From Nitrosospira multiformis ATCC 25196 (GTDB lineage: Bacteria; Pseudomonadota; Gammaproteobacteria; Burkholderiales; Nitrosomonadaceae), in contig NC_007614.1 in the NCBI RefSeq assembly GCF_000196355.1, positions 270,001 to 302,000 on the forward strand: a stretch of DNA of 32,000 bases, written 5' to 3'. A model generated the notes under the pieces. It had not been told where the DNA came from. It saw only the letters and a program-made list of their open reading frames with translations, and ran no database searches. This document shows, one piece after another, positions 8,542 to 17,207 of this stretch; position 1 is the first letter of the stretch; each line of letters begins with the position of its first letter. A program made the translations under genes and the position numbers.

Positions 8542-9675
8542 ATGGTCAGGGTTACAACGCTTGTTTTATGTTTTGCTTTAACGTTTCCTTTTAGTTTCGC
8601 CTATGCTGATATAGTTTTCGATGGAAGATTAAGTAAAGGGGATTTTTCCGGTTATCGGGCGCTCGAAGCCAATGGAACGCGTTTCGGTGGTGCCTTGGCT
8701 TCTAACGGTATTCCATCCCGGCTGGACCGTGTCCGTGATCCAGCGGGTTCCGGTCAGTTGGTAATGCGGGCAACTCATATTGACGGCGATCTGCCTATAT
8801 ATGGAGGTTATCGCTCAGAATTGAGCACCTTCCATGATCCCATTGGTTCCGAACGGTGGTACTCCTGGGGCTACTATCTTCCGGAAACGTTTGCCACAGC
8901 GAAAAATAATGTCGTTATAGCGCAGATCCATAATACCCCTGATATTATGGAGACTAATAGTCGGAATCCTACTCTTGCAGTGCTGGTTCAGGGTGAGAGG
9001 ATAAAGCTCATAAATGTATTCGATTACGACAAGATTACCGCGCCAGCAGGTACTCGCCCAACCGTCGGGGTTGATTATGAACGCCGGGAATTGGCCTCTT
9101 GGGATCTTCATCCTGGACGTTGGACGTTTTTAGACTTGCACGTAAAGTGGGCTGGGAACGATACGGGTTTTCTCGAATTCTGGAAAGACGGGACACTGCT
9201 TTTCCAGGAGAAAAATCACATCAACACTTTCAATGACGAACGGGGCGTATGGTTCAAGAGCGGGCTATACGATTGGTCACCGAGTCCCGACCCTGTTTCC
9301 ACCTATTTCTCTGGAGTGATCATCAGGGACGAAAAAGAAATGTTTCAGTCCATGTTAATGTCCCGCATGCTTGAATCAAACATTTCTCTGAATCCACTTC
9401 TGCGCTGGAGCGTGGAACAGGACTTAAGAGACATGATAGGGGATGCCATTGCGCGCCGGATGCTCCGGCCAGCGGAGAACCTGATCTACAAGCATAATGA
9501 AACGCTTCATGATGCCGTCACCGGAGACGGAAAGGAAATGTTCCAGTCTATGTCAGTGTCCCTCGTGCCTGAGCCCGACATTTATTTGATGATGCTGGTC
9601 GGCGGGGCAGCCATCGGTTTCTTCACGTATAAGCGTCGAACGACCTTGCTAACAGAGAATCCTGTGCCAGCATGA
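8542..9675 (+). CDS. Secreted polysaccharide-lyase-fold (heparin lyase I / PL20-like, concanavalin-type) protein with a C-terminal PEP-CTERM sorting signal
   Basis: Signal peptide MVRVTTLVLCFALTFPFSFAYA. The central YGGYRSELS...WYSWGYYLPETF...VIAQIHNTPD...PTLAVLVQG pattern resembles the Polysacc_lyase (PF14099-type) family. The C-terminus VPEPDIYLMMLVGGAAIGFFTYKRR has the PEP motif, a TM helix and a basic tail. Confidence 0.7.
   Translation: MVRVTTLVLCFALTFPFSFAYADIVFDGRLSKGDFSGYRALEANGTRFGGALASNGIPSRLDRVRDPAGSGQLVMRATHIDGDLPIYGGYRSELSTFHDPIGSERWYSWGYYLPETFATAKNNVVIAQIHNTPDIMETNSRNPTLAVLVQGERIKLINVFDYDKITAPAGTRPTVGVDYERRELASWDLHPGRWTFLDLHVKWAGNDTGFLEFWKDGTLLFQEKNHINTFNDERGVWFKSGLYDWSPSPDPVSTYFSGVIIRDEKEMFQSMLMSRMLESNISLNPLLRWSVEQDLRDMIGDAIARRMLRPAENLIYKHNETLHDAVTGDGKEMFQSMSVSLVPEPDIYLMMLVGGAAIGFFTYKRRTTLLTENPVPA
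9331..9561 (+). repeat. Imperfect 33-bp direct repeat (27/33 identical), codon-aligned, copies 198 bp apart, inside the lyase-like PEP-CTERM gene
   Basis: Copy 1 at 9331-9363 is gaaaaagaaatgtttcagtccatgttaatgtcc. Copy 2 at 9529-9561 is ggaaaggaaatgttccagtctatgtcagtgtcc. They encode EKEMFQSMLMS and GKEMFQSMSVS. Confidence 0.85.
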
Positions 9676-10787
9676 AAAAAATTTATCTTGTTGCCGGAGC
9701 TCGTCCCAATTTCATGAAAATTGCGCCGGTCGTGCGCGCTTTGCAGACTCGCAAGTGTCTGGAATTTAAGATTATTCATACTGGCCAGCATTACGACAGG
9801 GAGATGAATGACGTTTTCTTTGAAGAACTCGGCATCCCCCAGCCGGATGTTTTCATGGCTGCGGGTGGCGGAACTCATGCGCAACAGACCGCAAGGATCA
9901 TGATGGCATTCGAAGAGTTTTGTGAGGCTGATCCCCCGGATGCTGTGCTGGTGGTAGGGGATGTGAACTCGACACTGGCCTGTTCCATTGTAGCCAAAAA
10001 GTTGCATATACCCGTGGCTCACGTGGAGGCAGGTTTAAGGAGCGGCGATATCACGATGCCGGAGGAAGTCAACCGTATCGTTACCGATAGCATTTCCGAC
10101 TGGTTTTTCGTGACTGAGCCCAGTGGAATAGATCATTTGAAGCGGGAAGGAAAGCCGGATTCCGCCATTCATTACGTTGGCCACGTGATGATCGATAATT
10201 TACTGTACCAGCTCGAAAAGCTGGAGGACCATGATATTTCAAGTCTTGAAACAAGCCCCTTCAAGGCGAAGCTTGCGATCAACGGAAGTCGTTATGGAGT
10301 CGTGACTCTCCACCGGCCGAGCAATGTGGATAACGTCGAGATGATAACCCGGCTGTGTGGTGCGCTGCGGGAGATTGCCGTGGAATTGCCCCTGATTTTT
10401 CCGGTTCATCCCCGGACGCGGGGGAATCTGGAAAAGTTTGGCATTGAGCTGGGGCCGAACATCACGCTGCTGGGACCGCAGGCATACATGCCTTTTCTTA
10501 ATTTATGGAAAGACGCCGCCGTGGTGCTGACCGACAGTGGAGGATTACAGGAAGAAACCACTGCTCTCGGGGTGCCTTGCGTTACTCTTCGCGATAATAC
10601 CGAACGTCCCATCACTGTGGAAGAGGGGTCCAACGTTTTGGCTGGTACCGATCCGGTCCGCATCATTGGCGAAGTACGAAAGATATTGCATGGAGAAGGC
10701 AAGCGCAGCCAACGGCCCCATCTATGGGATGGAAAAGCGGCTGAACGGATAGTGGATGTGCTGGTGAGGGAAGTAAGTCAGGCGTAA
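9672..10787 (+). CDS. wecB: UDP-N-acetylglucosamine 2-epimerase (non-hydrolysing)
   Basis: GARPNFMKIAPV, HTGQHYD, VVGDVNSTLA, HVEAGLRS and TDSGGLQEET are hallmark WecB/MnaA motifs. The ATG overlaps the upstream stop (ATGA). Confidence 0.9.
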   Translation: MKKIYLVAGARPNFMKIAPVVRALQTRKCLEFKIIHTGQHYDREMNDVFFEELGIPQPDVFMAAGGGTHAQQTARIMMAFEEFCEADPPDAVLVVGDVNSTLACSIVAKKLHIPVAHVEAGLRSGDITMPEEVNRIVTDSISDWFFVTEPSGIDHLKREGKPDSAIHYVGHVMIDNLLYQLEKLEDHDISSLETSPFKAKLAINGSRYGVVTLHRPSNVDNVEMITRLCGALREIAVELPLIFPVHPRTRGNLEKFGIELGPNITLLGPQAYMPFLNLWKDAAVVLTDSGGLQEETTALGVPCVTLRDNTERPITVEEGSNVLAGTDPVRIIGEVRKILHGEGKRSQRPHLWDGKAAERIVDVLVREVSQA

Positions 10788-11090
10788 ACACCACGCTGTG
10801 GCTCAGCACGGCTAATAACGGTTACTGGCGGTGTCATCAGCCCAGAGTAAATCTGGAGGAACGTTCGCGATAAGATGTGGCAATTGATCTCTTCCTTTGA
10901 TTGTTTCGAATGGAATTGCTTGAGACGTGGGGTATCGTATCCCTCAAGTATTATTGAAAGGAATCGAGAGAGGAAGAAATCGCGGAAAAGCTGATGACGA
11001 TAAATCGTTTATGCTCTCTCGTCGATGCGTGATTATTGCGAAGGCGCCGAGCCATTATAATTTCTCTTTTTGAAATGAAGCAGGACACTT

Positions 11091-12152
11091 ATGATCCTTG
11101 TTACCGGCGGCGCAGGCTATATAGGTTCCCACACCTGCCTGGAATTACTGAACGCAGGTCTTGATGTCACTGTATTCGACAATTTTTGTAATAGCCATCC
11201 TGAAGCATTAAGACGGGTTGAGCGCATCACCGGAAAGAAGCTGCGCGTTGTGCAAGGCGACTGCCGTGACCGCTCCTCCGTGACCAAAGCCCTCCATGAG
11301 AGTCAGGCGACCGCGGTTATCCACTTCGCCGGTCTTAAAGCGGTGGGAGAGTCGGTGAAGCAGCCCCTGGCTTACTACGATAATAATGTTGTTGGTACGC
11401 TCCGCTTGCTGGAGGCGATGAATGAGTGTGGAGTGAAAACTCTGGTATTCAGTTCCTCTGCTACTGTTTACGGTGAGCCAAGGCGGCTACCGTTAACCGA
11501 AGATCATCCCCTCTCTGCCACGAATCCCTACGGACGGAGCAAACTGATGATCGAAGAAATTCTGCGCGATGTATATCGCAGTGATTCTTCCTGGCGCTGC
11601 GCCATCCTCAGGTATTTCAATCCTGTTGGAGCACATCCCAGCGGTCTGATCGGTGAAGATCCCAGAGGAACTCCTGATAATCTCATGCCCTTTGTGGCCC
11701 AGGTTGCCATTGGCCGTCGGGAGTATCTGAACGTGTGGGGCAATGACTATCCGACGCCGGATGGAACGGGCGTACGCGATTACATTCATGTCGTGGACTT
11801 GGCGTTAGGTCATCTCAAAGCCCTCGAAGCTCTGGAGAATCCGGAAGTGCGCAATGCAGAGGCCGTTGACAGGCAAGGAGGATGCCTGACGGTAAACCTC
11901 GGGACCGGGACGGGCTATAGTGTGCTGGAAATGATAAGGGCTTTTGAAAAGGCGAGTGGGCAAAAGGTATCATACAGAATTGCTTCCCGCCGCCCGGGGG
12001 ATATTGCCTCATGCTATGCTGAGCCCGGACTCGCATCCGATCTCCTCGGCTGGCGGGCAAAGCGAGGGCTGGAAGAAATGTGCGTTGACACCTGGCACTG
12101 GCAGAACCAGAATCCCGAGGGATATGGAAGCGAGAGTTCACATTTGGACTAG
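11091..12152 (+). CDS. galE: UDP-glucose 4-epimerase
   Basis: [31 protein letters not shown] (YxxxK) and LRYFNPVGAH are typical of GalE. Confidence 0.9.
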   Translation: MILVTGGAGYIGSHTCLELLNAGLDVTVFDNFCNSHPEALRRVERITGKKLRVVQGDCRDRSSVTKALHESQATAVIHFAGLKAVGESVKQPLAYYDNNVVGTLRLLEAMNECGVKTLVFSSSATVYGEPRRLPLTEDHPLSATNPYGRSKLMIEEILRDVYRSDSSWRCAILRYFNPVGAHPSGLIGEDPRGTPDNLMPFVAQVAIGRREYLNVWGNDYPTPDGTGVRDYIHVVDLALGHLKALEALENPEVRNAEAVDRQGGCLTVNLGTGTGYSVLEMIRAFEKASGQKVSYRIASRRPGDIASCYAEPGLASDLLGWRAKRGLEEMCVDTWHWQNQNPEGYGSESSHLD

Positions 12153-12253
12153 AGTGAGTGGGTTCTGATTTCTTTGTCGCTATCACCGCTTTCCTGCCAG
12201 GGTTCCCGGTAAATCCGCTCGAGTAGCAACGATTCGTTCTTCGTAAAAACTTT

Positions 12254-13699
12254 ATGCAATCATTGGTTCCCATTGTCCTCTCCGGCGGGTCCGGAACCCG
12301 CCTGTGGCCTCTTTCACGCCAGAAATATCCGAAACAGCTCCTGTCTTTTATCGGTGAAGACTCGCTGTTGCAAGCAACCCTCCGCCGCATGGAAGGACTC
12401 ACCGATGTCGAGCTTGGAGCGCCTCTCGTCATTTGCAACGAGGAGTACCGCTTTGTCATCGCCGAGCAACTGCGGCTCATGGGAACAAAAGGGAATATTC
12501 TGCTCGAACCAGTGGGACGTAATACTGCCCCCGCACTTACACTGGCTGCACTTGCGGCAATGCGGGATGGAGGCGATCCGGTTCTGCTGGTGATGCCGGC
12601 AGATCATGTGATCGTTGATGTGCCCTGTTTTCAAATGGCCATTCGCGCAGGTATGGGGCTGGCGGCGGGGGGTGCAGTGGTAACATTTGGAATCACGCCG
12701 GATTCGCCGGAAACAGGCTATGGCTATATTGAAGCCGGTGAGGCATTGGGAAAGGGTGGAGCAAGCCGGATAGCGCGCTTTGTTGAAAAACCCGATCGTG
12801 CCACCGCACAAACATATCTCGAGACTGGCTCCTATTTCTGGAACAGCGGCCTATTCATGATGACGGCTTCGGTATGGCTTGCTGTCATAGACGCCTGTCG
12901 TCCCGATATTTCAACCGCTTGTCGTGCAGCCTGGGAGAAGGGGGTGGTCGATGGCGATTTTTTACGTGTCAACAAGGAAGAGTTTCTGCGTTGTCCGAGC
13001 GATTCGATTGATTATGCCGTAATGGAGCGCCTCGCCCACGATGACTCTTTGCCGGCCGGCGTATTCATTCCGCTCTCCGCGGGATGGTCCGATGTGGGGT
13101 CCTGGGACTCCTTATGGCAGGTTCTGCCCAAGGATCATCAAGGCAACGTGTCTCAAGGCGATGTGCTGTTGAATGATTGCCGCAACGTATTGGCCTTGTC
13201 GGAGCATCGGCTCGTGGCCTGCGTGGGGATCGAAGACATGGTGGTGATTGAAACCCCAGATGCCATCCTCGTGGCTCACATGAACAAAACCCAGCATGTA
13301 AAGAAAATCGTGGACGACCTCAAACGCAAAGGCCGGCCGGAGAGCGAACTGCACCGAAAGGTATTCCGTCCCTGGGGGTGGTATGACGGAGTCGATTCGG
13401 GTGAGCGTTTCCAGGTAAAGCGGATCGTTGTCAAGCCAGGCGCTTCGTTGTCGCTTCAGATGCACCATCATCGTGCCGAGCATTGGATCGTCGTACATGG
13501 AACTGCACAGGTAACGCGTGGCGATACGACTTATCTTGTGTCGGAAAATGAATCTACTTTCATACCATTGGGCACGCGGCATCGTTTGCAGAATCCTGGT
13601 TGCGTTCCATTGGAGATGATAGAGGTTCAGTCGGGTTCATATTTGGGAGAAGACGACATCGTGCGATTCGAGGATGTTTACGGAAGAAAGGAAAGCTGA
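12254..13699 (+). CDS. manC: Bifunctional mannose-1-phosphate guanylyltransferase / mannose-6-phosphate isomerase (type II PMI-GMP)
   Basis: N-terminal IVLSGGSGTRLWPLSR and FWNSGLFM. C-terminal cupin HRAEHWIVVHGTA...NESTFIPLGTRHRLQNPG. A length of 481 aa is typical of CpsB/ManC/XanB. Confidence 0.9.
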   Translation: MQSLVPIVLSGGSGTRLWPLSRQKYPKQLLSFIGEDSLLQATLRRMEGLTDVELGAPLVICNEEYRFVIAEQLRLMGTKGNILLEPVGRNTAPALTLAALAAMRDGGDPVLLVMPADHVIVDVPCFQMAIRAGMGLAAGGAVVTFGITPDSPETGYGYIEAGEALGKGGASRIARFVEKPDRATAQTYLETGSYFWNSGLFMMTASVWLAVIDACRPDISTACRAAWEKGVVDGDFLRVNKEEFLRCPSDSIDYAVMERLAHDDSLPAGVFIPLSAGWSDVGSWDSLWQVLPKDHQGNVSQGDVLLNDCRNVLALSEHRLVACVGIEDMVVIETPDAILVAHMNKTQHVKKIVDDLKRKGRPESELHRKVFRPWGWYDGVDSGERFQVKRIVVKPGASLSLQMHHHRAEHWIVVHGTAQVTRGDTTYLVSENESTFIPLGTRHRLQNPGCVPLEMIEVQSGSYLGEDDIVRFEDVYGRKES

Positions 13700-13911
13700 A
13701 GGCTCGATCAATTTTCCTAGCTAGTCCTATCGGTCTATTGATCATTTTTCCATGGAGTGTAATCTTCCATTATCGAGGCCCGCGAATTTCTTTCGCACCT
13801 CGGTACAATAGGTATCACCAACAAAAAAATTGTCAACCACTCTTCCATATATGAAGAGTTATGCAGGACCGGTTGGCTACTTCCATGTACATGACGATTA
13901 GGAGGTATAAG

Positions 13912-14481
13912 ATGACTAAATTTCCAGTGAAACACGCTATTGCAGTTGCGGTTCTCGCGGGGGCGAGTATGGGTGCCCAAGCGGATACGATGACGGATCT
14001 CGGCACGCTATCCACGTCTACTCCCACGACTTTCTCGGGGATCGTAGGGCCCACTCATGCGGGTTTTAGCGATATCTTCACGTTTACACCGCAGGAGCCC
14101 AATTTTGGTGCTGGAGCAACGGTAGTAAACCTTCCGCTCAGCTTTGGCGGATTTAGCTTTGATACAGCCCTTGCCACCATGTCGCTTGTTTCAGCGGGCG
14201 CCGATGGGATAGCTGGTAATAGCGACGATAGCGTTCTACAGTCCGTTGTGCTTCCCTCACCCGGCAACAGTCAAGATAGCCTGACCCTGCATTGGGACAC
14301 TCCCATGTCAGGTTTGCACTATCTTAATATTACCGGTGTGGCAGTTGGCAGCGAGGGTGGTATATATAGTGGCGCAATTGCTGCAGCGATACCTGAACCC
14401 GAAACATATGCGATGCTTCTGGCTGGTTTGGGGCTCATGGGCGCCGTCGTTCGTCGCCGGGGAATGCGCAAAACTTCATAA
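13912..14481 (+). CDS. FxDxF-family PEP-CTERM protein
   Basis: GGAGG Shine-Dalgarno 6 nt before ATG 13912; the ORF-track start at 13861 adds an unlikely leader. Signal peptide MTKFPVKHAIAVAVLAGASMGAQA. FSDIF motif. C-terminus IPEPETYAMLLAGLGLMGAVVRRRGMRK. Confidence 0.8.
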   Translation: MTKFPVKHAIAVAVLAGASMGAQADTMTDLGTLSTSTPTTFSGIVGPTHAGFSDIFTFTPQEPNFGAGATVVNLPLSFGGFSFDTALATMSLVSAGADGIAGNSDDSVLQSVVLPSPGNSQDSLTLHWDTPMSGLHYLNITGVAVGSEGGIYSGAIAAAIPEPETYAMLLAGLGLMGAVVRRRGMRKTS

Positions 14482-14512
14482 GCGAAGATTCGCAGTCCTT
14501 TGCTCTTTTGAC

Positions 14513-14532
14513 GCGGCCCCTTCGGGGGCCGT
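14513..14532 (+). terminator. GC-rich stem-loop 32 nt after the PEP-CTERM gene stop (candidate intrinsic terminator)
   Basis: GCGGCCCC-TTCG-GGGGCCGT gives an 8-bp stem (including one G-U pair) with a TTCG tetraloop, followed by TCTCATTT. The T-tract is weak. Confidence 0.45.
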
Positions 14533-14690
14533 TCTCATTTCCTGGCTGGAATGTTCTTTTCATTCCGGCGGATTTTTGAGTTTTTGGTTTACCTGCCTCC
14601 CCTTTTTGAGTAAGGGGTCTTTCATCCCCTCAAAGGAATGCTTTGAACGCTTTCCTGATCCGGGGTGTTTTGCTCGTAACCCGCGTGTAA

Positions 14691-15067
14691 TCGAAACTTC
14701 TTTCGATGCTTCACGAGCGCTGGGTTTTTCCAAAGGCCGGAAAACCTGTTCATCAAACCAGCAGTAGGGCATTCAGATCGGCGGTGGGAAGGGCAGGCTG
14801 ACTGATTGATTGATTTTTGTTGGCATGACCTGTCCATGCCCGGGCAAGGTGGCATATGCAAAACGGCACTCCTTTGCACATCCTCCAGGAGCTCGGGGGT
14901 GGGCATTTATAAAGATGGTGCGGTGGTATGCCCATCTCTCAAGCGAACATCTGCGAGCCTGGGTGGAGAAACCGACGCTGGAACTGATAGTGAACAATGT
15001 GCCTCGCACCGGGACGGAAGGCTGTTCCCTCACAGTTTTGACACAGTCACTTCAAGGAAGGGAATAA
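14691..15067 (+). pseudogene. Tyrosine recombinase / phage-type integrase, C-terminal fragment only, with multiple frameshifts and an in-frame stop
   Basis: Four frame segments must be spliced.
- Frame 3, 14691-14798: ...LHERWVFPKAGKPVHQTSSRAFRSAVGRAG, followed by TGA at 14799.
- Frame 1, 14806-14832: LIDFCWHDL.
- Frame 3, 14832-14909: VHARARWHMQNGTPLHILQELGG.
- Frame 2, 14900-15064: WAFIKMVRWYAHLSSEHLRAWVEK...
Together these reproduce the integrase box II/Tyr region (F.WHDLRHT.ASW..q.GtPl..LQElGGW.s..MV.RYAHL..ehl). The shift points fall at a (TGAT)3 tract (14803-14814) and a G5 run (14895-14899). The N-terminal ~250 codons are absent. Confidence 0.65.
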
Positions 15068-15112
15068 CGCAGTATTGCTACTGAGACAAGTTACCGAAAA
15101 GCAACTTTAAAC

Positions 15113-15189
15113 TGGTAGGCGCGATTGGACTCGAACCAACGACCCCCACCATGTCAAGGTGGTGCTCTAACCAGCTGAGCTACGCGCCT
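15113..15189 (-). tRNA. tRNA-Val (anticodon GAC), 77 nt with encoded CCA
   Basis: The reverse complement folds as AGGCGCG-TA-GCTC-AGCTGGTTA-GAGC-A-CCACC-TTGACAT-GGTGG-GGGTC-GTTGG-TTCGAGT-CCAAT-CGCGCCT-A-CCA. It has a perfect 7-bp acceptor stem, canonical D, anticodon and T arms, and GAC in the anticodon loop. Confidence 0.95.
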
Positions 15190-15199
15190 GCAAGGCGCA

Positions 15200-15228
15200 A
15201 TTTTAGCTGAAACGGTGCGGACGTTCAA
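15200..15228 (-). promoter_or_regulatory. Candidate sigma-70 promoter for tRNA-Val
   Basis: On the minus strand: TTGAAC (15228-15223), a 17-nt spacer, then TAAAAT (15205-15200). The -10 element ends 10 nt before the mature tRNA 5' end. Confidence 0.4.
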
Positions 15229-15236
15229 ACTATAAT
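15207..15236 (+). promoter_or_regulatory. Candidate sigma-70 promoter for the pseudouridine synthase gene, back-to-back with the tRNA promoter
   Basis: Perfect TATAAT at 15231-15236, 65 nt upstream of ATG 15301. The -35 is weak (CTGAAA, 18-nt spacer). Confidence 0.25.
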
Positions 15237-15300
15237 GTGCAATTCTTGAACGATGTGTCGTTATGTTTCGTGAATCTTTTTCGTTCAGCCGCAGGAAGCA

Positions 15301-16032
15301 ATGGAAAAAATCCGGTTATCCAAGCTTATGTCCCAGAAGGGGTTGTGTTCGCGCCGGGAAGCGGATGATTATATCGAACGCGGCTGGGTATTTGTGGATG
15401 GTGAGCGCATCAGTCAATTAGGTATCAAGGTTTTTCCTACGCAGGAAATAAAGCTTGCGCGCATGGCGCAAGCGCAGCAGTGTGATCAAATTACCGTACT
15501 GTTGCATAAGCCCGTCGGGTATGTTTCAGGACAACCCGAGCGAGGATACAAGCCCGCGATCAGCCTCATCAATAGAGAATCGGAGTTTCAGGATAGCAAG
15601 GCATCATCCAGTTTTAGCCCACTGAATTTGAAAGGCATGGCGCCGGCGGGCCGGTTGGATATCGATTCAAGCGGATTGCTCGTGTTTACCCAGGACGGTC
15701 GCATCGCAAGGAAATTGATCGGTGCCGAATCCGAGATTGAAAAGGAGTATCTTGTACGTGCGGAAGGAGAGGTGTCCCAGCGTACCCTGAATCTGTTAAG
15801 TCACGGCTTGAGTCTGGATGGGCAGGCACTGAAACGTGCCGTGGTGGTCCAGCAAAATAAGGACCAGTTGAGGTTCATTTTAAAGGAAGGTAGGAAGCGG
15901 CAGATTCGTAGAATGTGCGAACTAGTTGGTTTGAAGGTCACAGGACTGAAACGCGTTCGCATCGGCAAGGTAAGGCTGGGCGAGCTTCCCTTGGGAAAGT
16001 GGCGTTATTTGCGGCCAGGCGAAGAGTTTTAA
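15301..16032 (+). CDS. rluF: RsuA/RluF-family rRNA pseudouridine synthase with an N-terminal S4 domain
   Basis: S4-like [20 protein letters not shown], catalytic [30 protein letters not shown] and LPLGKWRYL all parallel E. coli RluF as recalled. The assignment to RluF specifically is less certain than the family assignment. Confidence 0.8.
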   Translation: MEKIRLSKLMSQKGLCSRREADDYIERGWVFVDGERISQLGIKVFPTQEIKLARMAQAQQCDQITVLLHKPVGYVSGQPERGYKPAISLINRESEFQDSKASSSFSPLNLKGMAPAGRLDIDSSGLLVFTQDGRIARKLIGAESEIEKEYLVRAEGEVSQRTLNLLSHGLSLDGQALKRAVVVQQNKDQLRFILKEGRKRQIRRMCELVGLKVTGLKRVRIGKVRLGELPLGKWRYLRPGEEF

Positions 16033-16145
16033 CCCCGTATTCTGCGTTTTTTCCATTTTGCTATCATCAGGATTTATCGGGAGGACCAGGCGGTAAGGGT
16101 GATTAAACAACATAACGATAACTTAATAAGTTCAAGGAAGAGCAA

Positions 16146-17207
16146 ATGATTCTGGTAACAGGAGGCGCCGGATTTATCGGGGCAAATTTCGTATTGGATT
16201 GGTTGGAGCGATCTGACGAGGCGATCATCAACCTCGATGTGCTCACCTATGCTGGCAACCTGGAGAACCTGAAAACGCTGGAGGGTGACAAGCGGCATGT
16301 TTTTGTACAAGGCGATATTGGTAATTCCGACCTCCTGATTCATCTGCTAAAGGACTATCGGCCGCGGGCCATCCTTAATTTTGCCGCGGAGAGTCATGTC
16401 GATCGTTCCATACATGGTCCGGAGGACTTCATACAGACCAACATCGTGGGTACCTTCCGTCTTCTGGAAGCATCTCGCGATTACTGGAGCAGATTGAAGG
16501 AAAATGAAAAACAGCAGTTTCGTTTTCTGCACGTCTCAACCGATGAGGTTTATGGCTCGCTGGCAAAAGACGAAATGCCTTTTACCGAGACCCATCGTTA
16601 CGAACCCAACAGCCCTTACTCGGCAAGCAAGGCAGCAAGCGATCATTTGGTGCGCGCCTATCACCACACCTACGGGTTGCCTGTTCTCACCACAAACTGC
16701 TCCAACAATTACGGGCCATATCAATTTCCCGAAAAGCTCATCCCGCTTATGATCGTCAATGCACTGGCGGGAAAGTCATTGCCGGTCTACGGCGATGGCC
16801 AGCAAATCCGTGACTGGCTCTACGTAAAAGATCATTGCAGCGCCATTCGCCGTGTGCTGGAGGATGGCATTCCGGGACAGATTTATAATATCGGCGGCTG
16901 GAATGAAAAACCCAACATCGAAATTGTGGAAACAATCTGTAGCCTGCTCGACACGTTCCGTCCCCGGGAGGGCCACTCCTATCGCAATCTGATTAAATAT
17001 GTGGCGGATCGTCCAGGCCATGACCGGCGCTATGCGATCGATGCGAGCAAAATCGAGCGTGAGCTGGGTTGGAGACCTGCTGAAACTTTTGAAACGGGAA
17101 TCAGCAAAACCGTGCAATGGTATCTCGACAACGCGGCTTGGGTCACCCATGTTCAATCCGGCGCTTACCGGCACTGGGTGGAGAAGAACTACAAAGAGCG
17201 CGCTTGA
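16146..17207 (+). CDS. rfbB: dTDP-glucose 4,6-dehydratase
   Basis: [23 protein letters not shown] and [21 protein letters not shown] Shine-Dalgarno upstream. First gene of an rfbBDAC block. Confidence 0.93.
   Translation: MILVTGGAGFIGANFVLDWLERSDEAIINLDVLTYAGNLENLKTLEGDKRHVFVQGDIGNSDLLIHLLKDYRPRAILNFAAESHVDRSIHGPEDFIQTNIVGTFRLLEASRDYWSRLKENEKQQFRFLHVSTDEVYGSLAKDEMPFTETHRYEPNSPYSASKAASDHLVRAYHHTYGLPVLTTNCSNNYGPYQFPEKLIPLMIVNALAGKSLPVYGDGQQIRDWLYVKDHCSAIRRVLEDGIPGQIYNIGGWNEKPNIEIVETICSLLDTFRPREGHSYRNLIKYVADRPGHDRRYAIDASKIERELGWRPAETFETGISKTVQWYLDNAAWVTHVQSGAYRHWVEKNYKERA

Noticed and set aside
11815-12480. A 221-codon minus-strand ORF spanning the galE 3' end, the spacer and the manC 5' end.
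   Set aside because: It is antisense to two strongly recognisable genes. The translation is S/R/P-rich and low in complexity, with no start context.
12503-12511. A 9-nt match (CTCGAACCA) to the T-arm region of tRNA-Val. It was considered as the distal att repeat of the putative island.
   Set aside because: It is too short, lies inside the conserved manC coding sequence, and does not extend. I found no convincing direct repeat of the tRNA 3' end in the window by eye.
17117-17206. N-terminal extensions in the ORF track (starts at 17117, 17872, 22459, 25509, 13861, 26829 and 6505).
   Set aside because: The extensions overlap the preceding gene or add non-homologous leaders. Internal ATGs give canonical N-termini (Rossmann folds or signal peptides), and often ATGA coupling or a good Shine-Dalgarno.
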